A stretch of 58,724 bases of DNA, filler included, from Sphacelaria rigidula (lineage: Eukaryota), in assembly GCA_964200075.2 (NCBI GenBank). It is 8 parts of 8 records of this genome, joined end to end, with 100 filler letters (N's around TTAATTAATTAA, not from the genome) between each part and the next. Parts side by side here need not be neighbours in the genome. Positions count along the whole stretch, not along the records: positions 1 to 7,254 come from CAXNAA020015751.1; positions 7,355 to 14,607 come from CAXNAA020015752.1; 6 more parts are not named here. One strand, given 5' to 3'. The position numbers and the translations under genes were made by a program. Positions 1 to 13,030 of this stretch are shown piece after piece; position 1 is the first letter of the stretch, and each line of letters starts with the position of its first letter. The notes below the pieces were generated by a model. The model was not told the DNA's origin. It ran no database searches and worked only from the letters and a program-made list of their open reading frames with translations.

Positions 1-96
1 CACATACACCGACAGGTGTAGACTGGTGCCCAGAATAAATGGGACGACAACACACACACACAAAATCGGGCCAGTCCCTGCAGGTACCACGCTCCT

Positions 97-129
97 GACC
101 CTAACCCTAACACTAACCCTAACCCTAAC
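97..129 (+). repeat. Short interstitial telomere-like (CCCTAA)n tract
   Basis: accctaaccctaacactaaccctaaccctaacc, about 5 units with one variant. Confidence 0.75.
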
Positions 130-3100
130 CATAGGGATGTTCGAATTCCGATGCGGTCCTCTAAGCACGCGGTCCTCTCACGCGTTACAACATGATCTAC
201 GCATTTTTGCTCCAATCTAAGTGAGCTACCGACCCGTAGCTTATCAGCGCATTATTCACTCTGGGTGAGCTATGAGAACTGCATGAGCTATGCATGCTTG
301 CCCTGGTTGAGCGGCCAACCCGTAGCTCGTCAGCGCATATTCGCGTATGTTCGCCGTGGGTGAGCTATGAGAGCTACATGAACTACACATATTTGTCCTC
401 GGTGCCCTTCAGCCCGCAAATTAGCTCGCGCACGAGTCGTCCGACGAGTAAAAGGTAACGCCCTACCTCAAGTTCGGGGCCCGCGTGGATATTTCCATTT
501 ATTTCTTCACACATCAAACTGCACTGAAACACATTACATGCCTCCTGCGACGCCAAATAATTCCATCTAATGACCCAATATGATGATGCCCAAGAAATTG
601 ACTGTTGCACCAAAGGTACCTCAATCGCTGTTCAACATTATCCGCCGACAGGGCATAAAAAATCGAGGAAACAGTGAAGGGGGGGCACACCAGTACCAAC
701 TACTTCATTTTAGTGCGACGTTTATGAACTTCTCAAAATCAACTGCGCTAAAATTAGTTGTCGAGTCATGATTATTTTATTTCATTGTGGAAGACATCGA
801 CTACTGATTTGAGTTGCGTATTTGTTACTACATACAGTACCTCAAGTTGAAAGAAGGATGTTTGGTAAATTCTTCGTAGTTGGCGATTGCCTTCGGTTCT
901 TCCGTTTGCCACCGCTCATCACATCAAGGATCTGAAGATGCTAAAATGCGCTCCACATTCCGAGAAAAAAAACATCTGCATTCAATATTGAGTGACTCAG
1001 GGGCGGACCGGTTATCGGGGATCCTGCCACTTTTCATCCCCAGATTCTGGCTCTTCGGTATTTTCGGTCGATCGAGCCCGTCCTGACCGTATTTGTGAAG
1101 AACTAATAAGGTTAGTTCTTTTGATTCTACCTACTCATTGCACTAGAGTGAAAAAACTGTGATTCACGGTCAATAAAACCCTCCTAATAAACGGGGTATC
1201 TACGCGTATCGCCCAATAACACCAACAACACCGATTTAGGCGCTGTGGTTTTCGAGGACGATCTGTTTATTTCATCAAAATTTTGGGATAAATCTGGGAT
1301 CGAAGCCACAACCTTTTGCTCAGACCAAGAATAACCACCGCTTGGTGTCGGCCGCACACGCCTACATCGGCTTGTCCTGCTACCTTGAGGCTACGTGTGT
1401 GGGCATCTGTGTTTCGAGGCAACAGCCGGCGTGGCTTAGAAGGCACAGCCGCGAGCTCGGGATAGTGCTTGCAAACCACGACTAGCTACTGTGCGACTAC
1501 ATTCCATCTCCCCTGTTTGAAGTCTCGACGACAACGCTAGCGGGTGGCATGACGGCATCCCGGGCGCGACCATTGCGTTGGCATCGGGTCTCCGGCACAC
1601 ATGTACTACAAGCCATGCGCATGAGACGCCAGCTCGCCCGCTCGACCCCGTGATACCTACAGGCTGGTTCACGTTTATCAACCTAAAAACACTCATCCGC
1701 TAAACTTCACGCCGTTTTGGGGAGTTAGACCCTAAAACTTGGCACCATTTTGCTGCGGGTCACAACGCAACTTTCGAAGGCAGACTTATTTTTGCTTTGT
1801 ACTTTTTTCGCCGTTTATCGAGGGTCCCAGGGTTTCGGGGAAACCTGGATCTCGTCGAACCCCCGAAAAATGGCAGAAAAAGTAGGAAAAAAAAAAGAAA
1901 ACCCGTTCATCGAAAGTTGCGTAATGGCCCATAGCATAGTTCTACAAAGTTTCAGGGTTCAACTCCCAAGAACGGCGTGAAGTTTCGCGCGTTTGTGTGA
2001 TGAAGTGAGCTGAAAACGTACAAACTCCGAACTTCTTGGTTTCGGTATAAAAATGCATTTTTTGGGTGTATTTCACGTTAAGGCGAGAGAAACAGTATGA
2101 GGTTTTCGAATTTCTTGACCAAACTTTGTACATATTATGTTACTTGTACTACCTCGAGATGCATCATTTTTGTTTTTATTTCGAGGGATGGTGTACCGCC
2201 CTCTGGGGGGTCTTCACACTGGGACCCCCGGAAGCCGGTAGAGAACGGAGAAACTTTGAAATATCGTCAAGAGCGCAATCTTTCCATTTGAATCATAAAT
2301 ACCTACGGGACTGCCAAGTTTGAGAGAGATCTGAGAATGTTTTCGACAGATTTAAGGGGAATCGTCACGAGGCTCCCTGGATTTTCGTGAGTATCATCAG
2401 CGGAAAATAAACGACGCCGAATCCCACATCACCGAAACACCACGGCTTCGGGTATAGTCCGACCCCGAGGTAACCGTTTTCAAATCTGTTTTTTTTTTTC
2501 CGTTAGATTCCCGGGCTGGTGGCGGTTACTACGATCTGAAGCACGTGGAGATCGGGTGAAAATCGGGCTTGGATTTCCTATCTTCGATTTCAGAGCAATT
2601 TGAAGGTTGCTGGTTGGTCGAGGTACTTTTTCGCCGTTAGTGCCAGCACCATGGCCGTGATACACGAATTCGGCTATGTCACTCTCTTCAGCTGACCGTG
2701 ACGGTCAGTATGATCTCATGTATGCGACTATTGGGTAGGTATTGCGAAAGGTATTTGCCGATGACATAATTTTGGGTGATGAGCGTGAACTAGCCTGTAA
2801 ACCACTGCGATCCCTGCGGAACAAAATTGAGATTTGAGGAGTTCGTTCAAGAGCCCGGTCTACTGGCCGCCATCCACGTTTACACCAACGTTATCCCCCA
2901 AAACCTGGCGAGGCCGTCGATTGGTGGTTACTCGACACGTTTGGCTGGAGAATGGGAGTGGCTATCACTCTCATCTCAATCTCTCCTCTCTCCGATTGTT
3001 TTCAGGACACAGGCTGATGATACTCGCTTCAGTGGCCGCACAGGAAACCGCGGTGGGTCGATTTCGCCATCGGAAGGCTCCACGCGTTGGCTCCAACGCT

Positions 3101-3713
3101 TGCCTATCATTTGCCGGCGTGGTACACATTTTGTGAGAAAATCTTTCACACAAAAAGTGCAAAGTAGTTTTCAGGCCGCTTCTCATGCTGTTTGGAAAAA
3201 AAAAACTCCAACAAGGTCTACCTTACTTGGCGATTTAGGGCAGATTTTTGTCGGGATAAGGAGCTTCCATAGATTGCGCCACTTCGAAACAGCTTGTTGT
3301 TGTGTTCTCCAAGAGGATTCTAGAGCACGTTTCCGATATTTCTGGCGCCCAGTACAACCAGCTTGACTCTCCGGCGCACAAGTGATTTATGAAAAACAAA
3401 TAAAAGTAAACGTACATACATACATGTTGATTATGGAAATAAAATAGTGAACCTTGTGGAAATAGATGAACGACTGAAAAAAAAACACGCGGTGATAAAC
3501 AAGTGATGTCTGAAACAAACAGAAAACAAAAATTACGGTCCGGACAAAAAGCAAACTGGGCGTGCGCCAAAAGGTGGGGAAAGTGCAGAGGAACGTGCTC
3601 TTTTTGTTGTTGATCGTGAAATTACTGGGCCGGCCAAACGTCAAACTAAGCGCATGAAAAATCAGTAAAGTGCGCTAGAACCCTCTCGGAGCGTACGGCA
3701 AGGTCTTTCCGAG

Positions 3714-3923
3714 GTAGTACAATCTCAAAAGATCCGTACTCTGGCGAAAATCGGCTCTGAATAGCCCAAATAGTTCTTTTAGGGCTGTGAACTGGCGGCT
3801 ATGGTCAGTTAAGTTGATGTAGTACAATCTCATAAGATCCGTATTCTGGCGAAAATCGGCCCTGAATAGCCCAAATAGTTCTTTTGGGGTTGTGAACTGG
3901 CGGCTCTGATCAGTTAAGTTGAT
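3714..3923. repeat. Tandem duplication, 2 x ~105 bp
   Basis: gtagtacaatctca...atcggc(t/c)ctgaatagcccaaatagttcttt...cagttaagttgat occurs twice head-to-tail. Confidence 0.9.
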
Positions 3924-4789
3924 GCTTTTCCAGTTAATTGGACGAGCCGATTCAGTGGCAAAACATCGGCGGCGAGCGGCGAAACCGCGAGCTTCGACGT
4001 CTTCCCCCGGCTGGTGAGGGGGCTCCGCGGGAGCACTCCTGGAGGGAGAAAAGAATGCGGTGTTCCGCGTTTGCCTTCTTCGAACATCGCAAATTATTGT
4101 CAAAAACGTGATCCCTCACATAAAAAAAACTCGCCGTGAGGATCGGAGGAAGGGAACAAGCACGCCAAGGCTGGCAGCACGTGGGGATAGGAGCGCGAGA
4201 TTCTTCACTCGCGGGCCGAAAACACGCGTAAATTTGAAGAGCAAGCCGTGGTGTACTTTGTATTTTGTGGTTGCGGGTTCCCGTTTGTTTTCTCTCTTTT
4301 CGGGCGTAGGGCAATGAAACGAAGAACCTCATGTCTCCATCACTCCGTGGTATGGTGGGTCTGTGCTGCATCATGTTCAGAAGGTTTTTCACCATACAAC
4401 TGGCAGTCGACCATTACGGTTTGGCGTTTGGCAGTTCCGTATCGATCGTTCCACCGTATACAATTCACGCCTCTTTAACCTTTCTCGATTATTCCCCGTT
4501 CGATTGACCAGCCGTCGACCTAAAAGCTATGGTCCAAAGACGAAAAACTTGGCCTGGGGTGGGGTGTGGAAATCGAGGTTTTGTACTACTTGTAATACTC
4601 TAGAGTGCAAAATTCATATTTTTTTGTCACGCTCTGAACCCTCCCCTTCCTCGGAACACGTCCGTAGTCTCAAGGGATCAACTCCTCTCTCTCTGGTTGT
4701 ACGCCAAATTGTACACTTTGGTATGAGCATCTTCGTTATACGACCACCATGCTAAAATTGCCACAAACTCCGACCCATTGACCCGCACC

Positions 4790-6350
4790 GAAGACTCTGC
4801 CATCCTGAAGTGTCTGAAGTTCCTCCACAACGTCGTGCTCACCCTGTGGCGTCAAGAAGTAGTGCCGCAAGAGTGAAAATACACCATCAAGTTGCTTTCA
4901 AAGAAACAGGGCCCGCACGAATGTAGCAACTACCGCGGTGTTTCTCTCGGGTCCCACGCGGGCAAGGCGGTGCTCAAGATAGTTTCGCCTCGCCTCGGCG
5001 CCTACTGCGAGTGGAAGGGAATCCTCCCAGAAGCACAATGCGGTTTCCGACCTGGCCGGTCCACAGTCAACATGATGTTCATTGTGCGCAGGCTCCAAGA
5101 ACTGGCCAGAGAATAGAATCTTCTTCTGCGCATGTGCTTCATCGACCTTCCAAAAGGCATACGACTCAGTGCACCACTCTCTTCTCTGGAACGTTGTAGC
5201 ACGCCACGCTATCCCAACCAAGGTAACTTCCACCATCCGCCAATTCCACGACGGCATGCGGGCATGCGTACGCCTGGACATCGCCAAAATATCTGAGTGG
5301 TTTAACGTTAACCAGAGCCTCCGCCAAGGGTGTGTGCTTTCCCCGGTCTGCTCAACACCTTTTTCGCGGCAGTGCTGACGGTAATGTTCGACCGTTTCTC
5401 GATCAATAAAGCGGTGGCGCAGAACTTCATCCGCATCGCTGAAAGGGGCGGAAATACCAAGGACGAACTCAGCAAAGTGCTCTGACCCATGCTATTCGCC
5501 GACGACGCTGACGTCATCTCGCGGTACCGGGTAAGCCTGGCAAGGATGATGACGGCTGTCGTCGAAGTATGTGCGACATTTGGCCTCGTCGTGACAGAAA
5601 AGAAGACGATCATCATGTACATGCGATTCCCGAACATGGAGGCGAATACGATCGAAGTGGAGGCAGCGGGAAGCATATACAAGCAGGTTGAGTAATTCCT
5701 CCACCTTTGCGGAAAAATCAGCAGCATCGGTGATGTCACTCCCGAAATCCACAGCCGCATTGGCCAGGCCTGGACGTGCTCCTGCAAGTACAGCAGAGCG
5801 GTATACGACAACCAGTACATCGCCCTGACCACCAAGATTCGTCTCTCGAAGACTGAAGTGATCGAGGTAATGCTGTACGGCTGCGTGATGTGGACGACCG
5901 CACACAACAATTTCGGCGCGTTACGGGAAACCCACCGAGGATTCCCGCGGAGGTGCCTCAAAAAGCATACCTCAAGCCGCAGCGCCCCTGACTACCACAT
6001 GCTGCCATACCACAAGGTCCTCGAAAGGACTAGCTGCGAGTGCATTGAGGCCACCGTGATGAAGCGAACCCTCCTAAACGCCGACCGCGTTGTGCGGATG
6101 GACGATGAACATCTCTCCAACATCGTCATGCGTGGGGTCACGGTTGGAGGGAAGACGAGGGCAGGCCGACCAGCAAGGCGCCTACAACACTGTATCACGC
6201 AATACTGTTCGTACTTCGGAATAAATGCGACATCGTGGACGCAGATGGCCCAAGATGTGTCCAAATTGTACCGAATCGTAGAGGAGGGGGGCTAGCATGT
6301 ACATGACAGCCTGGACCAAAGCACGCCACGCTAAGGAATTGTTTGATGTG
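4790..6350 (+). mobile_element. 5'-truncated, degenerate RTE-type non-LTR retrotransposon (reverse transcriptase pseudogene)
   Basis: Frameshifted RT motifs: [62 protein letters not shown], and C-terminal GKTRAGRP. Confidence 0.93.
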
Positions 6351-7254
6351 CTACCACCAGAGCTCCCCCAGTGCCTACCGGGGACCTCCGGAGAGTAACC
6401 AGTAGTCCATCGGGTTGTACACTCGCTAGTACATCTGAGGTCTTTCGGAACAGCTGTGGTGGTTGTCTATCAGGATGCCTGGGGTTGTTTTCGAGTTGAG
6501 TGGACACTCGCTTGGTGGCCAGGCTAATCCCCTTGTGCTGTCTGTCTTTTCGTGTATTTCTCTTTCTTTCCCCTTTCTTTCGGTGCGCTTTTTCCAAGCA
6601 GATCCGATGTTTTCTCTTCTTTCCATCCCGTTGAACTCGGGGAAGCTACTTCTTACGTGTTTTCTTGGCGTCTCTCTTGTAATTTTCATTATAATAATGT
6701 TTCAGTTGATTGCATTTGTTCTTGTAAGTAGTCTGGAGTCTCAGAAAATAATGGCGAAGACTCCTATGTCGTGTAAGGAATAGCATGGACGGTATTTGAA
6801 CGATGAGCCTACGTCTGTGACCACGGGTTCGAACGATCGGACTCATACGCGGAAATAATAACAATGATCCTCGCCAATCACAGCCATCGAACGTACTCCC
6901 GTCCTTTCGGGCCTCCTTCCTGGCTTAAACTCGCAGCGAGAAACTTCTAAACAAACATGGTTGACTTTGACTTCGTGAGCTTTCCGGCCGTTCTGCGAAC
7001 AGGCCCGCATCCCCTGCAAAAACAATCCCCCTCCCCCCCCTAGAAATGAGCGCCGGAATGTTGGGGGTGTCTCTTATCAGGAGTAGGAACAGTTCTCCGT
7101 CTCGAAAGGGATTTGTGGTCAATGACCATACGACTGACGCAAGCAACAAATGAGTACGCCCCCCCCCCCCCCCCCCCCCGCCCAGGGTGGGCCTCGCCGT
7201 TCCTGCCGGGAGCACCCCCCCGCGACGCCGCTCCCAGGCACAGACGACCTAAAT

Positions 7255-7354
7255 NNNNNNNNNNNNNNNNNNNNNNNNNNNNNNNNNNNNNNNNNNNNTT
7301 AATTAATTAANNNNNNNNNNNNNNNNNNNNNNNNNNNNNNNNNNNNNNNNNNNN
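7255..7354. other. Artificial contig linker (N44-TTAATTAATTAA-N44); identical linkers at 14608-14707, 21961-22060, 29314-29413, 36667-36766, 44020-44119, 51373-51472
   Basis: Each linker is exactly 100 bp with a six-frame stop cassette. The intervening segments are 7254, 7253 (x6) and 7252 bp, i.e. contigs sorted by length. Confidence 0.98.
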
Positions 7355-10256
7355 CGCGCTGAATCAGTGGTGACACGGTCCCCCAAAGCTGTTGATGACG
7401 GCCGTTGGTCGTCTGGGGCGAGAGCGCCTACCGAGTGCTACGGGTGGATCTTGGGGACTGGAACAGCACATTCTGTGCTCGTGATCTTGGGGACTGGAAC
7501 AGCACATTCTGTGCTCGATGAGTGCTAGCCAGCATTGTTCAGTGTCATTTCTGCGTGTGCTTGGTTTCCGAGCAGCCAGCAACGACGACATCGATGCGGA
7601 CCGTCGTTGTTCGCTCTGAGGTGTTAGATTTGTTGCCTTTGTTGATGGCATCTAACCATCGAGGATCGTTGGTTGGGAGACGATATTGCTGTCTTTGTGT
7701 TGGTTGTTTTTTTGTGTTTTGAGTCAGTGAGAGCGCGGCTCGTCTACCTTGTTGATGGCGACCGTTGGTCTTCTGGGGCGGGAGCACCTACGTGGTCTTG
7801 CAGGGGGAGTCTGTAGACCAGTACTACACCTGTGGTAGATGAGTGCCAGCATGTGTGAAGAAGTCATATCCGTATCCGCGGGAATGTGTCCGCTGTGGTT
7901 CGCGCTGGTGTTACAGTGCGCGTGAACGGAAGGCGCTGCTCCCAGCGAAATACAGTCCTGCTTTACTTGGCGTGGGTGTGTTGTGTTCCGTGGAGATTCA
8001 CTACGGTGAGGAAGTGATGTGTCGTGTTTGTGGTGTGTGTTGTCCTGATGCTGGGGTCACAAAGGGGTGTGCTGTTGGTGTGCGTACACAGGGTAGAAGC
8101 CCTTGGGCGATGGTGGTTTTATGACGGAAAACTCTTGGGTTTTCATGGGAGGGAGGGTAAGGTTATCATGTAGAAATTGCCAAGTGTATGTGGAGCTCGA
8201 TATCCGGTTTGGTTGTCAAGAGCTCAAGAGTACTGTTCGAGGAGCCAAGCTGTTGATCAGCAAGTTAATGAGTGAAGAACGGTTTTGGACTGATGCAAGA
8301 CGTCTCGTCACCTGCCGGTGCAAAAGAGCATTGCTGCAAGTCTCGTGGAGATCATGACTGTTGTGCGGGCGACAAGCACGCGGTGAAGCAACGACAACCC
8401 TAATCCAAACCCCAACTGTAGTGTTGCCAGCAAATGGTCACTGATCTGTGCGGTCGAGGACTCTGGTATTTGACATGCCAGGTGCACTATCTTCCACTAT
8501 CTTGGAAGCGGGGGATACAGCGGTAACCGGCCCGATCCTGCCACCTCGCTGCACTGGGCACGATGGCAACACAAGACGCGAATGAAGACATGATGGTCCT
8601 CATGAGCGCCCGTCTTATGTTGTTTCCGTGGTGTGGATGCAACATTGGGTTTAGTCGCCATAACAGCGACAAAAAGTGAAATTATGATGGTATCTCGGGC
8701 CTGTGTCCGAAGCACAGGACTGGAAAATAGCAGCAAATCACCAGGGCAAGTTTGAAGCCAAAAGTTTTTAACGGGCTCGCCGGTCGTTGGGAGTTCTAGA
8801 GTGTACAGCCCATAGTTCTCGCTCGTCATTCTCGCTCGACCGAACCAATTCAGATCGCTACAAAAAACAATTTTTTACCTCACTTTGTCTCGATTTTCGT
8901 TGCACCACAGCCGGTAAAATTGATTTCACGTCTGACTATCAATGTCGCCCTCTCGCTAAACGAGGTTAACTCTGTTTGTTCCGACAACACAGCACTGGAA
9001 TATACGGTATGTTTTCAGCGCGGTCAGATTTGATTTTCCAACGTTTCCGACGCTCAAACTCGCGGGTGAAGATGATGGATCGTGTGCGGCAACAGCCTGA
9101 TCGATTGGAAGCAAACTTCAATGCAAAGCAGTACCCCTCTAGAGGAAGTGCACACAGTTGTGTGAAGAACGAGAAACAAAATGAAACGGAAGGGAGGCGT
9201 GAAAAGAATGCAGGAGTATAATGCCACACACACACACACACATCAGTTACGGAATCTGAAACTGGTACTGCTGCAAACAATAAACCAACAAATGGCTCGC
9301 CCCCTAGCGGTATGGTTTCAGGTATGAATATCGGCCAAGATCAATCGAATCGAACGGGAGAAAATGTTAACCGAGATGAAACGAAAGGGGTATGCTGTGA
9401 AGGTTTTCGTATGCTGTGAAGGTTCCGCGTTACCCCCGCCTCTCCCGCTCATCCCTAGTCAGGTGTGGAAAAGGTCACTCCCTCGACAATCTTGATCTCT
9501 ACATTAGTCGACGTCCTGCAACTCTCCATTCCTTCGCCACATCTCTTTCGCTTTTCATCTCACCTGTTGCGGGATCTGAATCGAAGTATCGATACATTAT
9601 GAGCGTTATCAACTGATGGTTTGCACGCCGCTCCCTATCCCCGCTCTCCCCAAGAAACACGGGAAAAGCTCGCTCCGCCGTAACATGTGTACGCTGCTTG
9701 TAGAGCATGCACCGTATCAGCGGTGCATCGGGTATTGTACGAAGGCAATGGATTGTGGTGTTGTTGTACGATAAAAGGTGAGAAAATCGGGCGATTTTGC
9801 TGATATATGTGCCGGCAGATGAGACAAAATTGCCGCAAAGCGCGGAAGCCACTGAAGAAGCGGAGCTGGTCGCTCGAAATTGGATAGTCGGGATCCGATA
9901 TTTTGAGGAGAGATGCGAATCAACAACTGGAACATTATCACTAGCTTAGTTTTGTTCATTACTGTTTGCCGGGAAAGTGAAGTACTTAGTTTCCTCCCGG
10001 AAATTCAAAACCGTGAACCTAACTCCAATCAACACCATCCCTATATTTATGGCCTTCAAGTGGTCGGTTTACACCTCTTCTCCAAAGTCTAGGCTCTAAC
10101 TCTCGAACCTCGAGGGGTTCTATCGCGGGAGGCACTTGTTTGTCTCACTCATGTAGTGGCATCAAACTGGATTCAGTTGGACACGGTGTGCGTTGTTCGA
10201 CTGGAAACTGCTCCGTGCTGGGGGAGTAGCAAAACCTCGCATGGCTCCGGTGGAGG

Positions 10257-10773
<517 letters not shown>

Positions 10774-12229
10774 TAAACACTACGTGGTACGATCGTCCCC
10801 TTTGCACCGAGGTGAAGTTCTTTCCCCACGCCTCACAATGTGATCTCGTTCGACCACCATCATGGGTTTACCTCAAAAAAACGCGAGAGCGCAAAAACCT
10901 ATCGGTAACGCGGTTGCCTAGCTTATGCATTGAGTGGCGTACTTTTCAGCGTCATCGCCAAACGACGCCAACCGCATAGGGGGTTGGGGAGGAGGGGGGG
11001 GGCAATGACGTTTGGCCGCACTTCCTGTGAACACAACCACGAACACGAAACGCCTTGATTGTCCCTCTTGCAGGTCGGTGACAACTATGTTCTAGATGCG
11101 TAGTCCATGACGTCCTCCCAACTTAAGTGGCTCATATGCATATGCTCATTTCTTCGTATGCCATTGCGTGCTGCGGTATATATCTGTATATATGTGAGAG
11201 TGTGCGGAGAAGGGAAACTTCTGTGAGCACTCGTCCATCTAGGAGTATCCCCGAGTCACACCCCTCCGCCCCCATCCCATCATGTAAAGGTCTTTTCGCA
11301 CGCTCTTCGCGAGAAAAGGCTTACCGACGAAAGCCTTTTCACCCGCTAGAGGTGAGAGGGTATTTGTGCACCTCCTGCTCACGAGTCTCCTACGTTTGTT
11401 CGCTGCCAAGCCAACAGTCTCCTCACAAGACTCTTCCGCTACTTCGCAGCACTGCTTGCTGGTCCCCCATCCTCTATCACATTCCTCTCCACCCTCAAGA
11501 CTTGGTTTGCCGAGTTGGCTTTGGGGGTTTCGTATATTGTTTGCATTGATGGAGGCCGCCACTGGAACCCCGGATCTCCTGGTCATGATTCCTACGGAGT
11601 CATCTCATGGTGTCGCCAATCGACATCAGAACGTGAGGAGACGTCGACAGACACTCGTGGCAATTTCCTCCTACTATGCGGTAGCATCTACGTACACGGA
11701 TATTTTTCGGTCATACTTCTAACCCCTGGTCTTCCTCGGGAAAGTCTGTGCTCTCAGGGGATCAACCAGCCCCCCGGACACTGCGGTATCGCGGACTTAT
11801 AAATCAGCACTTGCCCCCGTCTCCTCGTGGCCATATGGCGTCGAGAATCACTAGATGTACAGTGCGGCCAAACAGTTGTTGGTAGACTTGCTTGAAGCAC
11901 TGCTTGGGTTTGATGCGGTTTGTACCAGTACTGTACCTACTTGACTTGGGGTGCAATATAGTCAATTATATCTATTGTGGAATCGGTATTTGTCGTTGTG
12001 GTACTGCAGTTTTCGAAGCTGCATCACTTGTGTGTTCACCATGCTGTTCGAAACCATTTGACGTGAACGTTGAGACAGCGACTGCTTGGTTTGGTGTTGG
12101 CTTTCCTTCGACTTCAGGGTGCTCACAAGTTAAAATTGCTACCCATACGGACGGGGGGTGGGAGAAACATCCGATATCCCAGTGTGGGTTTATTTGACTC
12201 TATAATAACTTGATTTTACTTGTAGCACT

Positions 12230-12518
12230 TTGAACCCCTCCCCTTCCTCCGGCCGAGTACGTGGTATCAAGGGATCAACCCATCTCTCCCCGGTACATGC
12301 CTTACATTTTGGTCTCGCGGATTGGGTCAGCACTCCCGCACTCCGCACCGCGTCAACTCGCGTTAAAAAAACTCAGTCTACTACTTTGTTTACACGCATT
12401 CTCACGCTTTCTACGGTGGAAATAAGATATTACGAAGAAAAAAACCAACACATCGGGAGTCAAACCGTCGTTGTCTCCACCCTAGTGGCGATCGTCGGAC
12501 CATTACACCATCGGGGCG
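12230..12518 (-). mobile_element. tRNA-derived SINE (family A)
   Basis: The minus strand begins gccccgaTGGTGTAATGG...GGTTTGACTCC (A and B boxes). Body and 3' end (gttgatcccttg...gaggaaggggagggg) are shared with 15511-15815, 4634-4730 and 17350-17435. Confidence 0.75.
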
Positions 12519-12597
12519 CGGCGGTTCAGGGTAGTCAGTTTTAAACCGGTCGCATGTAATCGCTCGACCTCTCGAATACACCAATATCATACAACTC

Positions 12598-13030
12598 TCC
12601 TAAAGGCTGAATTTCCTACTCGGCGCAAGGGTCCATGTTTGAAAGGGGTCGTGGGACCTCCGTTGATGTATTCATTACCCAGTAGAAAAGTGTATATTTA
12701 CTCTCCATGTAAAATGTAAAAGCCCCATGTGTGCACTCACACACACTGCAAAGCACACTGAACGCACACACTGAATGAAGTGGGGCGGGAAATCGTTAAT
12801 ACAAAATCACACGTCATAATCCCATCTTTTGGCCACGCGAGAAATCGTCTGCCGCCGGTAGATATGTACTGCAAGCACTACATCGGGTATACCTCAAATA
12901 ACAGAAGTAGTCTCTTATTCGTACCTCCCCTGTATGTCATGATCCAATCTTAATATACATTTCCCTTATATCCAGACAGATGTACAGTTACAATCCTGGA
13001 GCGTAAGTATAATCGATTAGCCTCCCTGCT
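12598..13030 (-). repeat. Diverged copy of the LTR/5'-leader region of the copia element (55572-55970)
   Basis: Colinear shared blocks: taaaggctgaatttcct, ggtcgtgggacctc, ttggccacgcga, atcgggtatacct, tatgtcat(g/t)atccaatc. Confidence 0.75.

Noticed and set aside
97-129. True telomere
   Set aside because: Only about 5 units, internal to the contig and embedded in repeat-like sequence.
5308-5961. 217-aa minus-strand ORF
   Set aside because: Antisense shadow of the LINE reverse transcriptase.
7255-7354. Regularly spaced TTAATTAATTAA motif every ~7353 bp
   Set aside because: Artificial six-frame stop linker, not biology.
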